From: an uncultured Thermoleophilia bacterium
GTDB taxonomy: Bacteria > Actinomycetota > Thermoleophilia > UBA2241
DNA length: 64,000 bases
Assembly (NCBI GenBank): GCA_963702475.1
Contig: CAVPCT010000003.1
Span: 480,001 to 544,000 of the forward strand
Direction: 5' to 3'
Part shown: piece by piece, positions 30,576 to 41,273 of the stretch
Layout: each line of letters opens with the position of its first letter
Position numbering within the stretch: the first letter of the stretch is position 1
The notes under the pieces: generated by a model
What the model saw: only the letters and a program-made list of their open reading frames with translations
Told to the model about the DNA's origin: nothing
The model's database searches: none
Program-made: the position numbers and the translations under genes

Positions 30576-32051
30576 ATGCTGCCCTCGCGCATCGACATCT
30601 GGCCCGAAGAGGCCATAGAAGCCATGCACGAGGCGTCGCTCGACCTGCTCGAACGGGCCGGCGTCCGCGTCGAGTCGCCGGCCGCCCTCGACCTCTTCCT
30701 GGCCGCCGGTTGCAGCGTCTCCGGCGGGCGCGTGCGGGTGCCGCGCCAGGTCGTCATGGACGCCGTCGACGCTTGCCCGGCGTCGGCCACCCTGGCGGCA
30801 CGCGACCCGGCCCGGTCCATCGTCCTGGACGGCGAACCGGGGCCCACGTACGTTCACAACATGGGGGGCGCCGCCGACGTGGCCGACCCGCGCACCGGCG
30901 CCCTGCGCCGCGCGCGCCTGCGCGACCAGGTCCTTGGCGCCCGGATCATGCACAGCCTCGTCAACCAGCACTGCGTCACGTCGCTCTGGCAGCCCCAGGA
31001 CGTTCCCGGCGAGCTCGAGCCGCTGTACTCGTATCTTGTCCTTGCGTTCGAGACCGACAAGCCCATCGGCGGCCCGGGTATCTCCCACGCGTACCAGGCC
31101 CGCTACCTCAAGGAGATGGCCACCGCCGTGACGGGCGCGGACGGCACGGGCGGCGTGTACCCGGTCGATCTCGCGTTCTCGCCGGTCAGCCCGCTCGTCC
31201 TGGGCGGCGACGTCACCGAAGCGCTCGTCTCGCAGGTGCGCCGCGGCGGCGTGGTGGTGGAGATCCTGCCGTGCCCGGCGGCCGCGACGACCGCGCCGGG
31301 CACCCTCGCCGGTGCCATCGCCCAGCAGAACGGCGAGATCCTCGCCGGGCTCGCGCTCGCGCAGCTCGCGGCGCCCGGCACGCCGGTGTACTACGGCCCC
31401 CGGCTCAGCGCCGTCGACCCGCGCAGCGGCGTGGTGGTCTCGGGCACGCCGGAGACCGGGGTGGCCTCGGTCGCGGCCGTCCTGCTGGCGCGCAGGTACG
31501 GGCTCGCCTGCGACTGCTACGGTCCGTGCAGCGACAGCAAGGTCGTCGATGCGCAGTTCGGCTACGAGCGCTCCGTCAACGCGTTGCTCGGCCTGGCGGC
31601 CCGCCCGCGACTGCTCTCGGGCATCGGCGAGATCCAGGCGGGCGTCGGGAGCTGCCTGGAGGTCCTCGTGATCGACGACGAGGTCCTCAACAACGTGTTC
31701 TACGCCTTGGCCGAGCGCCCGTGGGACCCCGACGCGCTCGATGTCGACGCCATGGTGGACGGCGTGCTCTCGGGGCGCGGGTTCCTCGGCACCAAGCACA
31801 CGCGGCGCTACATCCGCAGCGAGTTCGTGGCGCCGCTCCTCAGTTATCGCGGAGGCCTCAGCGAGTGGCAGGCCTCCGGCCGCGGCGGCGTCTTGGACCT
31901 GGCGTCGGAGCGCGTCGCGGCGATCGTCGAGCGCGAGCCGTCCGGTCTGCCCGACGACGTGCTCGACGAGTTGTGCGGGTTGATCGCCGCCTGCGCCGCC
32001 GAGCTCGGCGCTGAGGCCGTCCCCGACCCGCGTTCGGTCCTCGACCTTTAG
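30576..32051 (+). CDS. MttB-superfamily (trimethylamine methyltransferase-like) corrinoid methyltransferase, non-pyrrolysine
   Basis: HEASLDLLERAGV, SPVSPL, TAPGTLAGAIAQQNGE, GTPETG, SDSKVVDAQFGYE, LVIDDE, FLGTKHT; no in-frame TAG. Confidence 0.9.
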   Translation: MLPSRIDIWPEEAIEAMHEASLDLLERAGVRVESPAALDLFLAAGCSVSGGRVRVPRQVVMDAVDACPASATLAARDPARSIVLDGEPGPTYVHNMGGAADVADPRTGALRRARLRDQVLGARIMHSLVNQHCVTSLWQPQDVPGELEPLYSYLVLAFETDKPIGGPGISHAYQARYLKEMATAVTGADGTGGVYPVDLAFSPVSPLVLGGDVTEALVSQVRRGGVVVEILPCPAAATTAPGTLAGAIAQQNGEILAGLALAQLAAPGTPVYYGPRLSAVDPRSGVVVSGTPETGVASVAAVLLARRYGLACDCYGPCSDSKVVDAQFGYERSVNALLGLAARPRLLSGIGEIQAGVGSCLEVLVIDDEVLNNVFYALAERPWDPDALDVDAMVDGVLSGRGFLGTKHTRRYIRSEFVAPLLSYRGGLSEWQASGRGGVLDLASERVAAIVEREPSGLPDDVLDELCGLIAACAAELGAEAVPDPRSVLDL

Positions 32052-32114
32052 GCCTGTAGAGTGACCGCGGCGGGTCTTGGGACTCCCGCCGCGACGACGA
32101 CGGGGGGTACGCCC

Positions 32115-33200
32115 ATGCCGGTCTCGTTTCCCTGCATCCAGGCACGGGGCTCGTACAGGGAGCTGGGGAGAGCCGTGGGAGAGGGTGCACGCGAGCAGAT
32201 CGCCGCGGCCATGGAGTTCTACGAGACGCACTTCCGCGTGATGAGCGGCCTGGAGTTCGCCGAGGCCGAGCGACAGGCGCAACAGTACGCGCCGTTCGTG
32301 CGCCGGTACCTGCCGCAGTACCTCGAGGAGCTTGAAGGCATGGCCGAGGGCTCGGGGCAGCCTCTGGGCAAGCTTCTGGTGCCGAACTGCGCTGAGGAGT
32401 TCACCTGTCCCGTCGACGATGGTCCTGCCGCGCAGGAGGATCCCCCCGGTGCAGGTCACTTCTGCACGGCGGTCGCCGCCATGACCGGCGCGCGGCACCT
32501 GGTCGGCCACAACATGGACTGGTATGTCGTCGACGTCGACAAGAACGTCCTGTTCGACCTGACCACGCCCGACGGCACGAGGATCGTCACTATCGCCGGC
32601 GTGCCCTACCTGCCGATCCTGGGAATGAACTCGCACGGCATCGCCTACGTGGGCAACTCCGTGTACTGCAACGACGGACGCCCGGGCGTGCCCAACGTGT
32701 TCGTGCGCCGCTGGGCCCTCGAGGCCCGCAGCCTCGAGGAGGCGGCGGCGCGCGCCGCGATGCCCGTACGGGCGCGCGGCTCCAACCACCTGATCGCCGA
32801 CCGCGCGGGCCGCATCTGGGACCTGGAGACGTCGGCGCACGGCGCGGTGCTCACGGAGCACGAGGGGTTCGCGGCGCACACCAACCACTACGTGGCGCCG
32901 GCCATGAGCGTGTACGAGGGCAGCCACAGCCTGGAGTCCCGCGCGCGATTGGCGTTCGCCGAGGCCGCGCTGGCCGGCGGCCTCGCGGCCGGCGAGGATC
33001 CCCGCGCTCTCGTCGACGCCGTGCTGCGCAGCCACCACGGCGCTCCCGACTGTGTCTGCGGCCACCCTGACGACGCGCAGCCGCCCGGCGAGCAGGTGAT
33101 GACCGTGGCCAGCATGGTCTGCGACCTCGACGCCATGGAGCTGCACGCCTGCGCCGGCCCGCCGTGCGAGAACCCGTACACCGTCTGGCCGGTCGCCTGA
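32115..33200 (+). CDS. Peptidase C45-family Ntn hydrolase/acyltransferase
   Basis: EELEGMAEG, autoprocessing site F|CTAV, GHNMDW, GMNSHGI, HTNHY. Confidence 0.88.
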   Translation: MPVSFPCIQARGSYRELGRAVGEGAREQIAAAMEFYETHFRVMSGLEFAEAERQAQQYAPFVRRYLPQYLEELEGMAEGSGQPLGKLLVPNCAEEFTCPVDDGPAAQEDPPGAGHFCTAVAAMTGARHLVGHNMDWYVVDVDKNVLFDLTTPDGTRIVTIAGVPYLPILGMNSHGIAYVGNSVYCNDGRPGVPNVFVRRWALEARSLEEAAARAAMPVRARGSNHLIADRAGRIWDLETSAHGAVLTEHEGFAAHTNHYVAPAMSVYEGSHSLESRARLAFAEAALAGGLAAGEDPRALVDAVLRSHHGAPDCVCGHPDDAQPPGEQVMTVASMVCDLDAMELHACAGPPCENPYTVWPVA

Positions 33201-33219
33201 CGTCGCCCGAGGTCCACTA

Positions 33220-34869
33220 GTGCCCACACTCGACCTCGTCATCGCCGACGCCCGTGTCGTGGACGGCTGCGGCAACCCCTGGTTCCGCGCGGACGTCGGC
33301 GTGCGCGGCGACCGCATCGCCGTCATGGCTCCCCCCGGGACGCTGGCCGCGGCGACGTGCGTGCAGGCCGGCGGGCGGTACCTGACGCCGGGCTTCATCG
33401 ATCCGCACACGCACTCGGACCTCACCGTCCTGCTGCACCCCCGGGCCGAGACGGCCGTGCGTCAGGGGGTGACGACACACGTCACCGGCAACTGCGGCAT
33501 GTCGGCGGCGCCGCTCACCGAGAAGCACCGCGACGACGCGGTGCACAACTGGGCGCACTACGCGTGGGGCCTCGAGCGGGTGGCCTGGGACTGGCGCACC
33601 TTCGGGCAGTACCTGAAGGCGCTTCGCCGCATCGGACACGCCGTCAACATCGCCCCGCTCGTCGGACACGGGGCGCTGCGGCTGGCCGTGGTCGGCTTCG
33701 CCGCACGGCCGGTCACCGCGCGCGAGCTGCGACGCATGGAACACCTGCTGGATGAGTCCATGCGGGCCGGCGCACACGGCCTGTCCAGCGGCCTGGTCTA
33801 CCCTCCCGGCTGCTACGCCTCCACCGACGAGCTCGTCGCCCTCTGCCGGGTCGTGGCGCGCTACCACGGCATCTACACGAGCCACGTGCGCGGCGAGCGG
33901 GAGACGATCCTGGACGCCGTGGCGGAGGCCGTCCTCATCGGGCGCGAGGCGGGCGTACCGGTGGAGGTGTCGCACAACGCCCCCAAATGGGGCGCGCCGG
34001 AGGACGCGAGCGCCAACCTGGCGCTCATGGAAGCAGCCCGCGATCAAGGCCAGGACGTCACGACCGACAACGACACGCACCCCGAGCTCGCGCCGCCGCT
34101 CTCGCGGGCTTTGCCGCAGCCCGTGCTCGACCTCGGTCGCGACGAGCTGCTGCGCCTGCTGCGCGACCCGGAGCGGCGCGAGCAGCTGCGGCGCGACGTG
34201 GCCGCCGACGCACTGCCGGGCGCGGGGTACACAGGGCTGCTGCGCCACGGCCGCTTCGACCGCATCGTCGTGCTGCACGCCGCGCGGCAGCCGGAGCTGC
34301 GCGGCCGCTCCGTGTCGGCGATCGCCGCCGAGCGCGGTCGCGACCCGTTCGACACGTTCCTCGACCTCGTGGTGGACAACGACGACGAGGTCGTCGGTAT
34401 TTTCGACTACATCGCCGAGGACGATATCCGCGCCCTGCTGAGGAGCCCGCTGGCCATGGTCTCCTCGGACGGGCTGGTCATGCCGCCGGCCGAGGACCTC
34501 GACGACCCGGCGCTGTACTGGCCCTGCAGCTACGGCGAGTACGCCGGGGTCCTGGCCCGCTTCGTGCGCGACGAGGGTGTGCTGCGCCTCGAGGAGGCCG
34601 TGCGCAAGATGACCTCCTTCCCGGCACAGCGCTTCGGCCTGCACGACCGCGGCGTGCTGCGCCCTGGTCTCAAGGCCGACCTCGTGCTGTTCGACCTTGG
34701 CCGTGTCCGGGACAGGGCCACCAACCCCGCTCCGCACACGTTCCCCTTCGAGAACGTCCCGCACCGGTACGCCGAGGGTTTCGACTGGGTGGTGGTCAAC
34801 GGCGTCCCGGTGGTGGCTGACGGCGAGCACACGGGCGCGCTGCCCGGCCGTGTGCTCAAGCACGCCTGA
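33220..34869 (+). CDS. N-acyl-D-amino-acid deacylase (amidohydrolase 3 family)
   Basis: PGFIDPHTHSD, QGVTT..TGNCG, GLSSGLVYPPG, SHVRGE, EEAVRKMTSFPA. Confidence 0.92.
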   Translation: MPTLDLVIADARVVDGCGNPWFRADVGVRGDRIAVMAPPGTLAAATCVQAGGRYLTPGFIDPHTHSDLTVLLHPRAETAVRQGVTTHVTGNCGMSAAPLTEKHRDDAVHNWAHYAWGLERVAWDWRTFGQYLKALRRIGHAVNIAPLVGHGALRLAVVGFAARPVTARELRRMEHLLDESMRAGAHGLSSGLVYPPGCYASTDELVALCRVVARYHGIYTSHVRGERETILDAVAEAVLIGREAGVPVEVSHNAPKWGAPEDASANLALMEAARDQGQDVTTDNDTHPELAPPLSRALPQPVLDLGRDELLRLLRDPERREQLRRDVAADALPGAGYTGLLRHGRFDRIVVLHAARQPELRGRSVSAIAAERGRDPFDTFLDLVVDNDDEVVGIFDYIAEDDIRALLRSPLAMVSSDGLVMPPAEDLDDPALYWPCSYGEYAGVLARFVRDEGVLRLEEAVRKMTSFPAQRFGLHDRGVLRPGLKADLVLFDLGRVRDRATNPAPHTFPFENVPHRYAEGFDWVVVNGVPVVADGEHTGALPGRVLKHA

Positions 34870-35000
34870 CTTCGGCGGCCCCGTGCTTCGGCGCAGGCCG
34901 GCCCTCACACCCCGGCATGGACCGGCCCACACCAAGTGCCGTCTGCCGCCGACTGGCCGTAACGTCATTCTGAGGGTCGCCGGCCGGTCCAGAACGTAGC

Positions 35001-35058
35001 GTCCAAGTAGGCACCTGAAAAGCACTTGCTCGCCTGTCACTTGGACATCGTGTAGAAT
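35001..35058 (+). promoter_or_regulatory. Inverted repeat and -10 element upstream of the PucR-family gene
   Basis: gtccaagt (35001-35008) ... acttggac (35039-35046); TAGAAT at 35053-35058, 8 nt before the ATG. Confidence 0.5.
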
Positions 35059-35066
35059 CGCGCCCG

Positions 35067-36728
35067 ATGATCACCGTTCAGGACATCCTCGAGATCCCCG
35101 ACCTCGACCTGCGCCTGCTCGCAGGGGCCAAGTCCACCAGCAATCCCGTGCGCTGGGTCCACATCACCGAGGTGCCCGACCCCACCCGTTGGCTCAAGGG
35201 CGGGGAGCTGCTGCTCACCACCGGCTACGGCTTCGCCACCGAGGAGCAGCACCAGATCGACCTGCTCAAGGTGCTCATCGACCACAACATCTCCGGCCTC
35301 GGCTTCGGCACCGGCTTCAGTTTCGACAAGGTGCCGCCGGCCCTGGTGCGCGTGGCCGAGGAGTACGGCTTCCCGCTGTTCGAGGTGCCGTATCACGTGC
35401 CGTTCATCGCCATCACCGAGGCCGTGGCCTCCAAGATCGTCAATGAGCAGTACTCGCTGCTGCAGCGCAGCTTGGCCGTGCACGAGAAGCTCACCAAGAT
35501 CGTGCTGGAGGAGAAAGGCCTCGAGGCGATACTCTCCACGCTCTCGGCCCTCGTCGGCTGCTCAGCCGTCCTCTTCGACTTCCACGGCGTGGTGCTCTGT
35601 GAGGCCGCGTACCGCCGCCGCCTCAGCGCCGAGCTGGTCGCCGACCTGTGGGGCCGCATCAGCGACCGCCGCGCCGATCGCCAGAACTTCGCCCTCTCCA
35701 TCGCCGGTGTCGCTTCAGGCGTGCAGGTGTACCCTGTGGTCGCGTCGCACCGCATCGGTGCGTTCCTCGCGGTGGTCAAGGACAGCGGCGACTTCAGCGA
35801 GTACGACCGCATCATCCTTCACAACGTGGTCACCGTCACGGCCCTCGAGCTGGTGAAGAAGAAGGCCGTCGCCGAGACAGAGAAGCGCCTCGCCGGCGAT
35901 TTCTTCGACGAGCTCATCGCCAGCGACCTCTACGAAGAGGAGATCGCCCGCCGCCTCGCCTTCTTCGGGCTGGACCCGCGGGCGCCGCACCTCATCATGC
36001 TGCTCGACATCGACGACGCCGACGGCGACGCCGCGGCCGAGCGCAGCGAGGCGGCCGTGCAGGATGTCAAGGAGCGCCTGCACTGGGCCGTGGACGAGTT
36101 CATGGCGCGGCGCGACGTGCTGTTCATCTCCGCGTCCCGCGCCGATTCTGTGGTCATCCTCGTGCAGCCGGCCAGGCCGGACGGCGGCGACGTCATCAGC
36201 CTGGCCGGCGAGCTGCAGAGCGGCATCGCCCAGCTCCTTCCGGAGGTCAGCGTGTCACTGGGCATCGGGCGGCCGCACCGCCAGCTCATCGACCTGCGCC
36301 AGAGCTACTACGAGGCCAGCTACGCGATCAAGATCCGTACGCTCAAAGGCGAGCGTCGTGTCATCGCAAGCTTCGACGATCTGGGCTCGTACGGCCTGCT
36401 GCTCGGTCTGCAGGACACGCTCTCGCTGCAGGTGTTCTACGACAGCGTGCTCGGCAGGCTGCAGGAGTACGACGAGCAGAACTCCAGCGACCTGGTCAAG
36501 AGTCTCGCCTGTTTTCTCGAGGCCAACGGCCACTGGGGCGACGCCGCCGAGAAGCTCTACGTGCATCGCCACACGCTGCGCTACCGCATGAAGCGCGTGG
36601 AGGAGATCACCGGGCGCGACCTCGACCAGTCGCAGGACCGCATGGAGTTCTGGCTGGCCCTCAAGGCCAAGGAGCTCATGGACCAGTCCAAGAAGGGCAA
36701 GCACGGCGGGGAGCCCGTCAGGTCCTGA
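35067..36728 (+). CDS. PucR-family transcriptional regulator
   Basis: VRWVHITEVPDPTRWLKGGELLLTTG; C-terminal HTH LYVHRHTLRYRM. Confidence 0.94.
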   Translation: MITVQDILEIPDLDLRLLAGAKSTSNPVRWVHITEVPDPTRWLKGGELLLTTGYGFATEEQHQIDLLKVLIDHNISGLGFGTGFSFDKVPPALVRVAEEYGFPLFEVPYHVPFIAITEAVASKIVNEQYSLLQRSLAVHEKLTKIVLEEKGLEAILSTLSALVGCSAVLFDFHGVVLCEAAYRRRLSAELVADLWGRISDRRADRQNFALSIAGVASGVQVYPVVASHRIGAFLAVVKDSGDFSEYDRIILHNVVTVTALELVKKKAVAETEKRLAGDFFDELIASDLYEEEIARRLAFFGLDPRAPHLIMLLDIDDADGDAAAERSEAAVQDVKERLHWAVDEFMARRDVLFISASRADSVVILVQPARPDGGDVISLAGELQSGIAQLLPEVSVSLGIGRPHRQLIDLRQSYYEASYAIKIRTLKGERRVIASFDDLGSYGLLLGLQDTLSLQVFYDSVLGRLQEYDEQNSSDLVKSLACFLEANGHWGDAAEKLYVHRHTLRYRMKRVEEITGRDLDQSQDRMEFWLALKAKELMDQSKKGKHGGEPVRS

Positions 36729-36794
36729 CCGCCCGGGGTGTCAAGCTCCGCCGCGCGCCGCAGGTGCCTCGGCGCTGAGCGTCTGACGGTCTGC

Positions 36795-37553
36795 TCAAGA
36801 CAGTACCAGCGCTCCGTGGTCGACGACGACGTTCGTGCCCGTGACCGCCTCCGTCTCCAGACAGAACCGCACCGCGGCGCCGATGTCGGCCGGGTCGACC
36901 AGCCGGCCGCCCGACAGCTTGAGCGCGGCGCGTTGCGAGGCTTCCCGGTGCTCGTCGTCGGGCAGGTCCACCGGTCCCGGCGCGACGCCGCAGACGCGTA
37001 CGTGGTCGGGGGCCCAGGCGGAGGCCAAGGTCTTGACGAGGTGGATCTGGGCCGCCTTGGCGGCGCCGTGGGCGGCGAAGTTGGGCCACGGCATGATGCC
37101 CATCGAGTCCGTGATCGCCACGATCACGCCCGACTGACGTGCGGGATCCCTTCTGCGGACGAGCTCGTCGTGCGCCGCTCCCGCCGCGAAGAAGAACCCT
37201 CTGGCGATGGTGTCGAGCGAGGCGTCCCACTCGTCTCCGGAGACCCTCTCGGGACGCTGCGGCCTGAACGCGCCGCTGGCCGCGTACACCACGGCGTCGA
37301 GGCCGCCGAGCGCCGCGGCTCCGTCGGCCACGAGCGCGCGCGCGCCCTCAGGCTCGCGCACGTCGCCGGTGGCCAGGACGGCGCCGCCGGCCCCGGCGGC
37401 CAGAAGCTCCGCCAGCCGCTCACCGGCCGGCGGCCCGGCGCTCCGTGAAGTGATGCACAGGCCGGCGCCGCGCTTCGCGAGATCGCCGGCGATCGCCCGA
37501 CCCAGGCGGTGCACGCCGCCGATGACCAGCACTCGTGCCCCCGCGATGTCCAT
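36795..37553 (-). CDS. Short-chain dehydrogenase/reductase (pteridine-reductase-like)
   Basis: GGVHRLGRAIA, HGAAKAA (His in place of catalytic Tyr), VAPGPV, VTGTNVVVDHG; SD GGGAGG. Confidence 0.85.
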   Translation of the reverse strand: MDIAGARVLVIGGVHRLGRAIAGDLAKRGAGLCITSRSAGPPAGERLAELLAAGAGGAVLATGDVREPEGARALVADGAAALGGLDAVVYAASGAFRPQRPERVSGDEWDASLDTIARGFFFAAGAAHDELVRRRDPARQSGVIVAITDSMGIMPWPNFAAHGAAKAAQIHLVKTLASAWAPDHVRVCGVAPGPVDLPDDEHREASQRAALKLSGGRLVDPADIGAAVRFCLETEAVTGTNVVVDHGALVLS

Positions 37554-37790
37554 GTCGTCCTCCCGCGCCGTGGCTCTCCACTCGCGTCCACGGCCACCAT
37601 TGTAGTGCCCGCCCGTGAACGCTGCGCGCTGTCCCGGCTTCCCGTGTGACTTCAGTGGGCGAATTCTTTGCATTGTGGGCTTTTCTGTTCGTTCCGATGT
37701 GCTAGAGTGCACAATCGTGCACGACCATGTGCAACCGCGCACGCGCGAGTCGCGAGCGAAACTGAGCGAGCAGAGGAGCGAGGAGGAGCC

Positions 37791-38912
<1,122 letters not shown>

Positions 38913-38923
38913 GCACCCTTTCG

Positions 38924-39053
38924 GCTCCGGTGCGGCCAGTGGCCGCACCGGAGCGGACGTGCCAGAATGGAGCCGCGTTCGGACGACCGTCCGAACGCGG
39001 CTCCATCTGCGTCCGGGCGACGATGTGACCCCGGCCGGCGCTGCCGGCTGGGG
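38924..39053. other. Three tandem strong hairpins in the ald-aor spacer
   Basis: 15-bp inverted repeat 38924-38954, 18-bp stem 38967-39006, third stem 39029-39053. Confidence 0.7.
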
Positions 39054-39101
39054 AGGGGGCGGAGGGGCCTCAGGCGAGCGCGCACGGCAAAGGAGCGACC
39101 A

Positions 39102-40877
39102 TTGGGCGACCTTCTCCGCATCGACCTCACCGCTGGGACCTGCAGCGAAGAGACCATCCCGCCACAGCTCATCAGGGAGCTCATCGGCGCCAAGGGCGTC
39201 GGCACGCACTACCTGTGTGAGGAGGTCGGGCCGGACGTCGACCCGCTGAGCCCGCAGAACAAGCTCGTCTTCTGCGTCGGACCCATGGGCGGCACGTCCA
39301 TGTACGGAAGCAACCGCTACGCCGTGTACTTCGCCTCGCCGCTCACGGGCGGCTACGGGGAGTGCTACTCCGGCGGCAATCTCACTCCACAGTTCGCGAA
39401 GACCGGCTACAAGGTCGTGATCGTGGAGGGCAGGGCCGACTGCCCCACCTACCTCGAGGTCAGCGAGCAGGGCGCGCAGTTCCACGACGCCTCGGACGTG
39501 TGGGGCATGGACGCGTTCGCCGCGGAGGACGCTCTGCTCGCACGCACCGACAACAAGAAGGCCCAGGCCTGCGTCATCGGACAGGCCGGCGAGCGTCTGG
39601 TGCGCTTCGCCTGCGTCAACAACAACTACTGGCATCAACTCGGCCGCGGCGGCCCCGGCGCGGTGTTCGGCAGCAAGAACCTCAAGGGCATCGTGTGGCA
39701 CGGCGACCAGAAGGTGGAGGTCGCCCGTCCGGACGACTACAAGGCCGTGGTCCGAGACCTCGTGGAGCGCTGCAAAGACGATCCAGGGGTTGCCGCCTAC
39801 CAGCGCGGCGGCACGCTCAACATGCTGCGCATCATGAACACGCAGAACGCATTCCCGACCAGGTACTGGCGCGCGGGCTCCATGGAGACGTTCGAACGCA
39901 TCACGGTCGAGACCATGCTCGAGGAGCACGGCACGGTCAATCAGACCTGCCCGCCGTGCGTGTTCAAGTGCGTCAAGCGCAACACCGTCTTCAAGGGCCG
40001 CCACGAGGGGCTCGTGGTGGAGGGTCCTGAGTACGAGACCGCCTACGTGTTCGGCGGTCTCTGCTGCATCGACGACTTCGCCGAGATCATGTGGCTCAAC
40101 GACCTCTGCGACCGGTACGGCGTCGACAGCATGGACGCGGGCAACCTCTGCGCCCTCGCCATCGAGTGCAGCCAGCGCGGCATCATCGAGGACCAGCTCG
40201 GCTGGAACGATCCCGAGGGGGTAGGCGCCTTCCTCACGAAGCTGTGCCTGCGCGAGGGCATCGGCGACCTCTGGGCCGAAGGCCTCCTTGCCGTGGAGAA
40301 GGAGTACGGCCTGGAGGGCCTTGCCGTGCACTGCAAGGGCATGGCGCCGGCGGGCTACGAACCGCGTCGCATGAAGGGCATGGGTCTGGGCTTCGCCACC
40401 ACCACGCGCGGCGCCTGCCACCTGCGCGCCACGATGTACAAGCCGGAGATCACCGGGGTCATCGATCCTCAGGAGATCGTGGGCAAGGCGGCCATCTACT
40501 GCGACTGGGAGGACCGCCTCACCATCATGGACACGCTCGTCTACTGCCGCTTCTACCGCGACATGGTGCAGTGGCCGTACATCACCGCCGTCGTCAACGC
40601 AGCGGTCGGCACCGACTACACGCCGGACGACCTGCACAAGATCGCCAACCGCATCATCACGATGACCCGCGACTTCAACCTGGCGCGAGGCATCGGTCGC
40701 GAGACCGAGCGGCTGCCCGAGTGGGTGTCCGACGCGCCGCGCGAGGACAACGGCTGGACCTTCCCCCAGAGCGAGATGGAGCACATGCTCCGCGAGTACT
40801 ACGAGATCCGCGGCTGGGGCGAATTGCCCGAGGTCGCACCGGTGGCGCACAACGCGCTGCTCGACGAGAAGATCTGA
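39102..40877 (+). CDS. Aldehyde:ferredoxin oxidoreductase (tungsto/molybdopterin AOR family)
   Basis: LRIDLT, SPLTGG, GRGGPGAVFGSKNLK, CPPCVFKC, GPEYET, RGACHL; TTG start after AAAGGAG. Confidence 0.93.
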   Translation: MGDLLRIDLTAGTCSEETIPPQLIRELIGAKGVGTHYLCEEVGPDVDPLSPQNKLVFCVGPMGGTSMYGSNRYAVYFASPLTGGYGECYSGGNLTPQFAKTGYKVVIVEGRADCPTYLEVSEQGAQFHDASDVWGMDAFAAEDALLARTDNKKAQACVIGQAGERLVRFACVNNNYWHQLGRGGPGAVFGSKNLKGIVWHGDQKVEVARPDDYKAVVRDLVERCKDDPGVAAYQRGGTLNMLRIMNTQNAFPTRYWRAGSMETFERITVETMLEEHGTVNQTCPPCVFKCVKRNTVFKGRHEGLVVEGPEYETAYVFGGLCCIDDFAEIMWLNDLCDRYGVDSMDAGNLCALAIECSQRGIIEDQLGWNDPEGVGAFLTKLCLREGIGDLWAEGLLAVEKEYGLEGLAVHCKGMAPAGYEPRRMKGMGLGFATTTRGACHLRATMYKPEITGVIDPQEIVGKAAIYCDWEDRLTIMDTLVYCRFYRDMVQWPYITAVVNAAVGTDYTPDDLHKIANRIITMTRDFNLARGIGRETERLPEWVSDAPREDNGWTFPQSEMEHMLREYYEIRGWGELPEVAPVAHNALLDEKI

Positions 40878-40892
40878 GCGCGCGACCGGCTC

Positions 40893-41225
40893 TCAGAGGC
40901 CCAGGTAGTCCCTGACCTTGCGGTACGGCCGCATGCTGTCGTTGAACGCCTGCAGCACCAGGGCGAGGCGGCGCAGGGCGCGGTCGAGGTCGTCCAGGTC
41001 GAGGGCGATGCGGTCGACCTTCTGACCGATGTGGTACGAGAGTGTGGTGAGCTCCTCAGCGCGGCGTGCCAGACCCTCGGCCAGCGGCAAAGCCACTTTG
41101 GAGATGCGGAGGCCGCGTCTGATGAGCCTCCACGCCTTCAGGCCCATGTGGACGGCGAAACCCAGGACCACCACGAAGCACGCGAGGCCGACGATGAGCA
41201 GGTAGATGCCGGTGAACTGATCCAT
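40893..41225 (-). CDS. Hypothetical protein with N-terminal TM helix and coiled coil
   Basis: TAGACT -10 element 7 nt before the ATG; hydrophobic N-terminus; fills the gap between genes. Confidence 0.7.
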   Translation of the reverse strand: MDQFTGIYLLIVGLACFVVVLGFAVHMGLKAWRLIRRGLRISKVALPLAEGLARRAEELTTLSYHIGQKVDRIALDLDDLDRALRRLALVLQAFNDSMRPYRKVRDYLGL

Positions 41226-41273
41226 GGGCGTCAGTCTACCCCGTCGTGGGGGCGCGCGACAGACAAGGCGTCC

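Noticed and set aside
32049-32051. TAG at the end of mttB as a possible pyrrolysine codon
   Set aside because: It falls at the normal C-terminus of the protein, not at the Pyl position, and no pyl genes are in the window.
30525-33425. 966-aa minus-strand ORF and the many other long Arg/Ala/Gly-rich overlapping ORFs
   Set aside because: They overlap recognisable genes on the other strand or frame, have no motifs, and are expected from GC3 bias.
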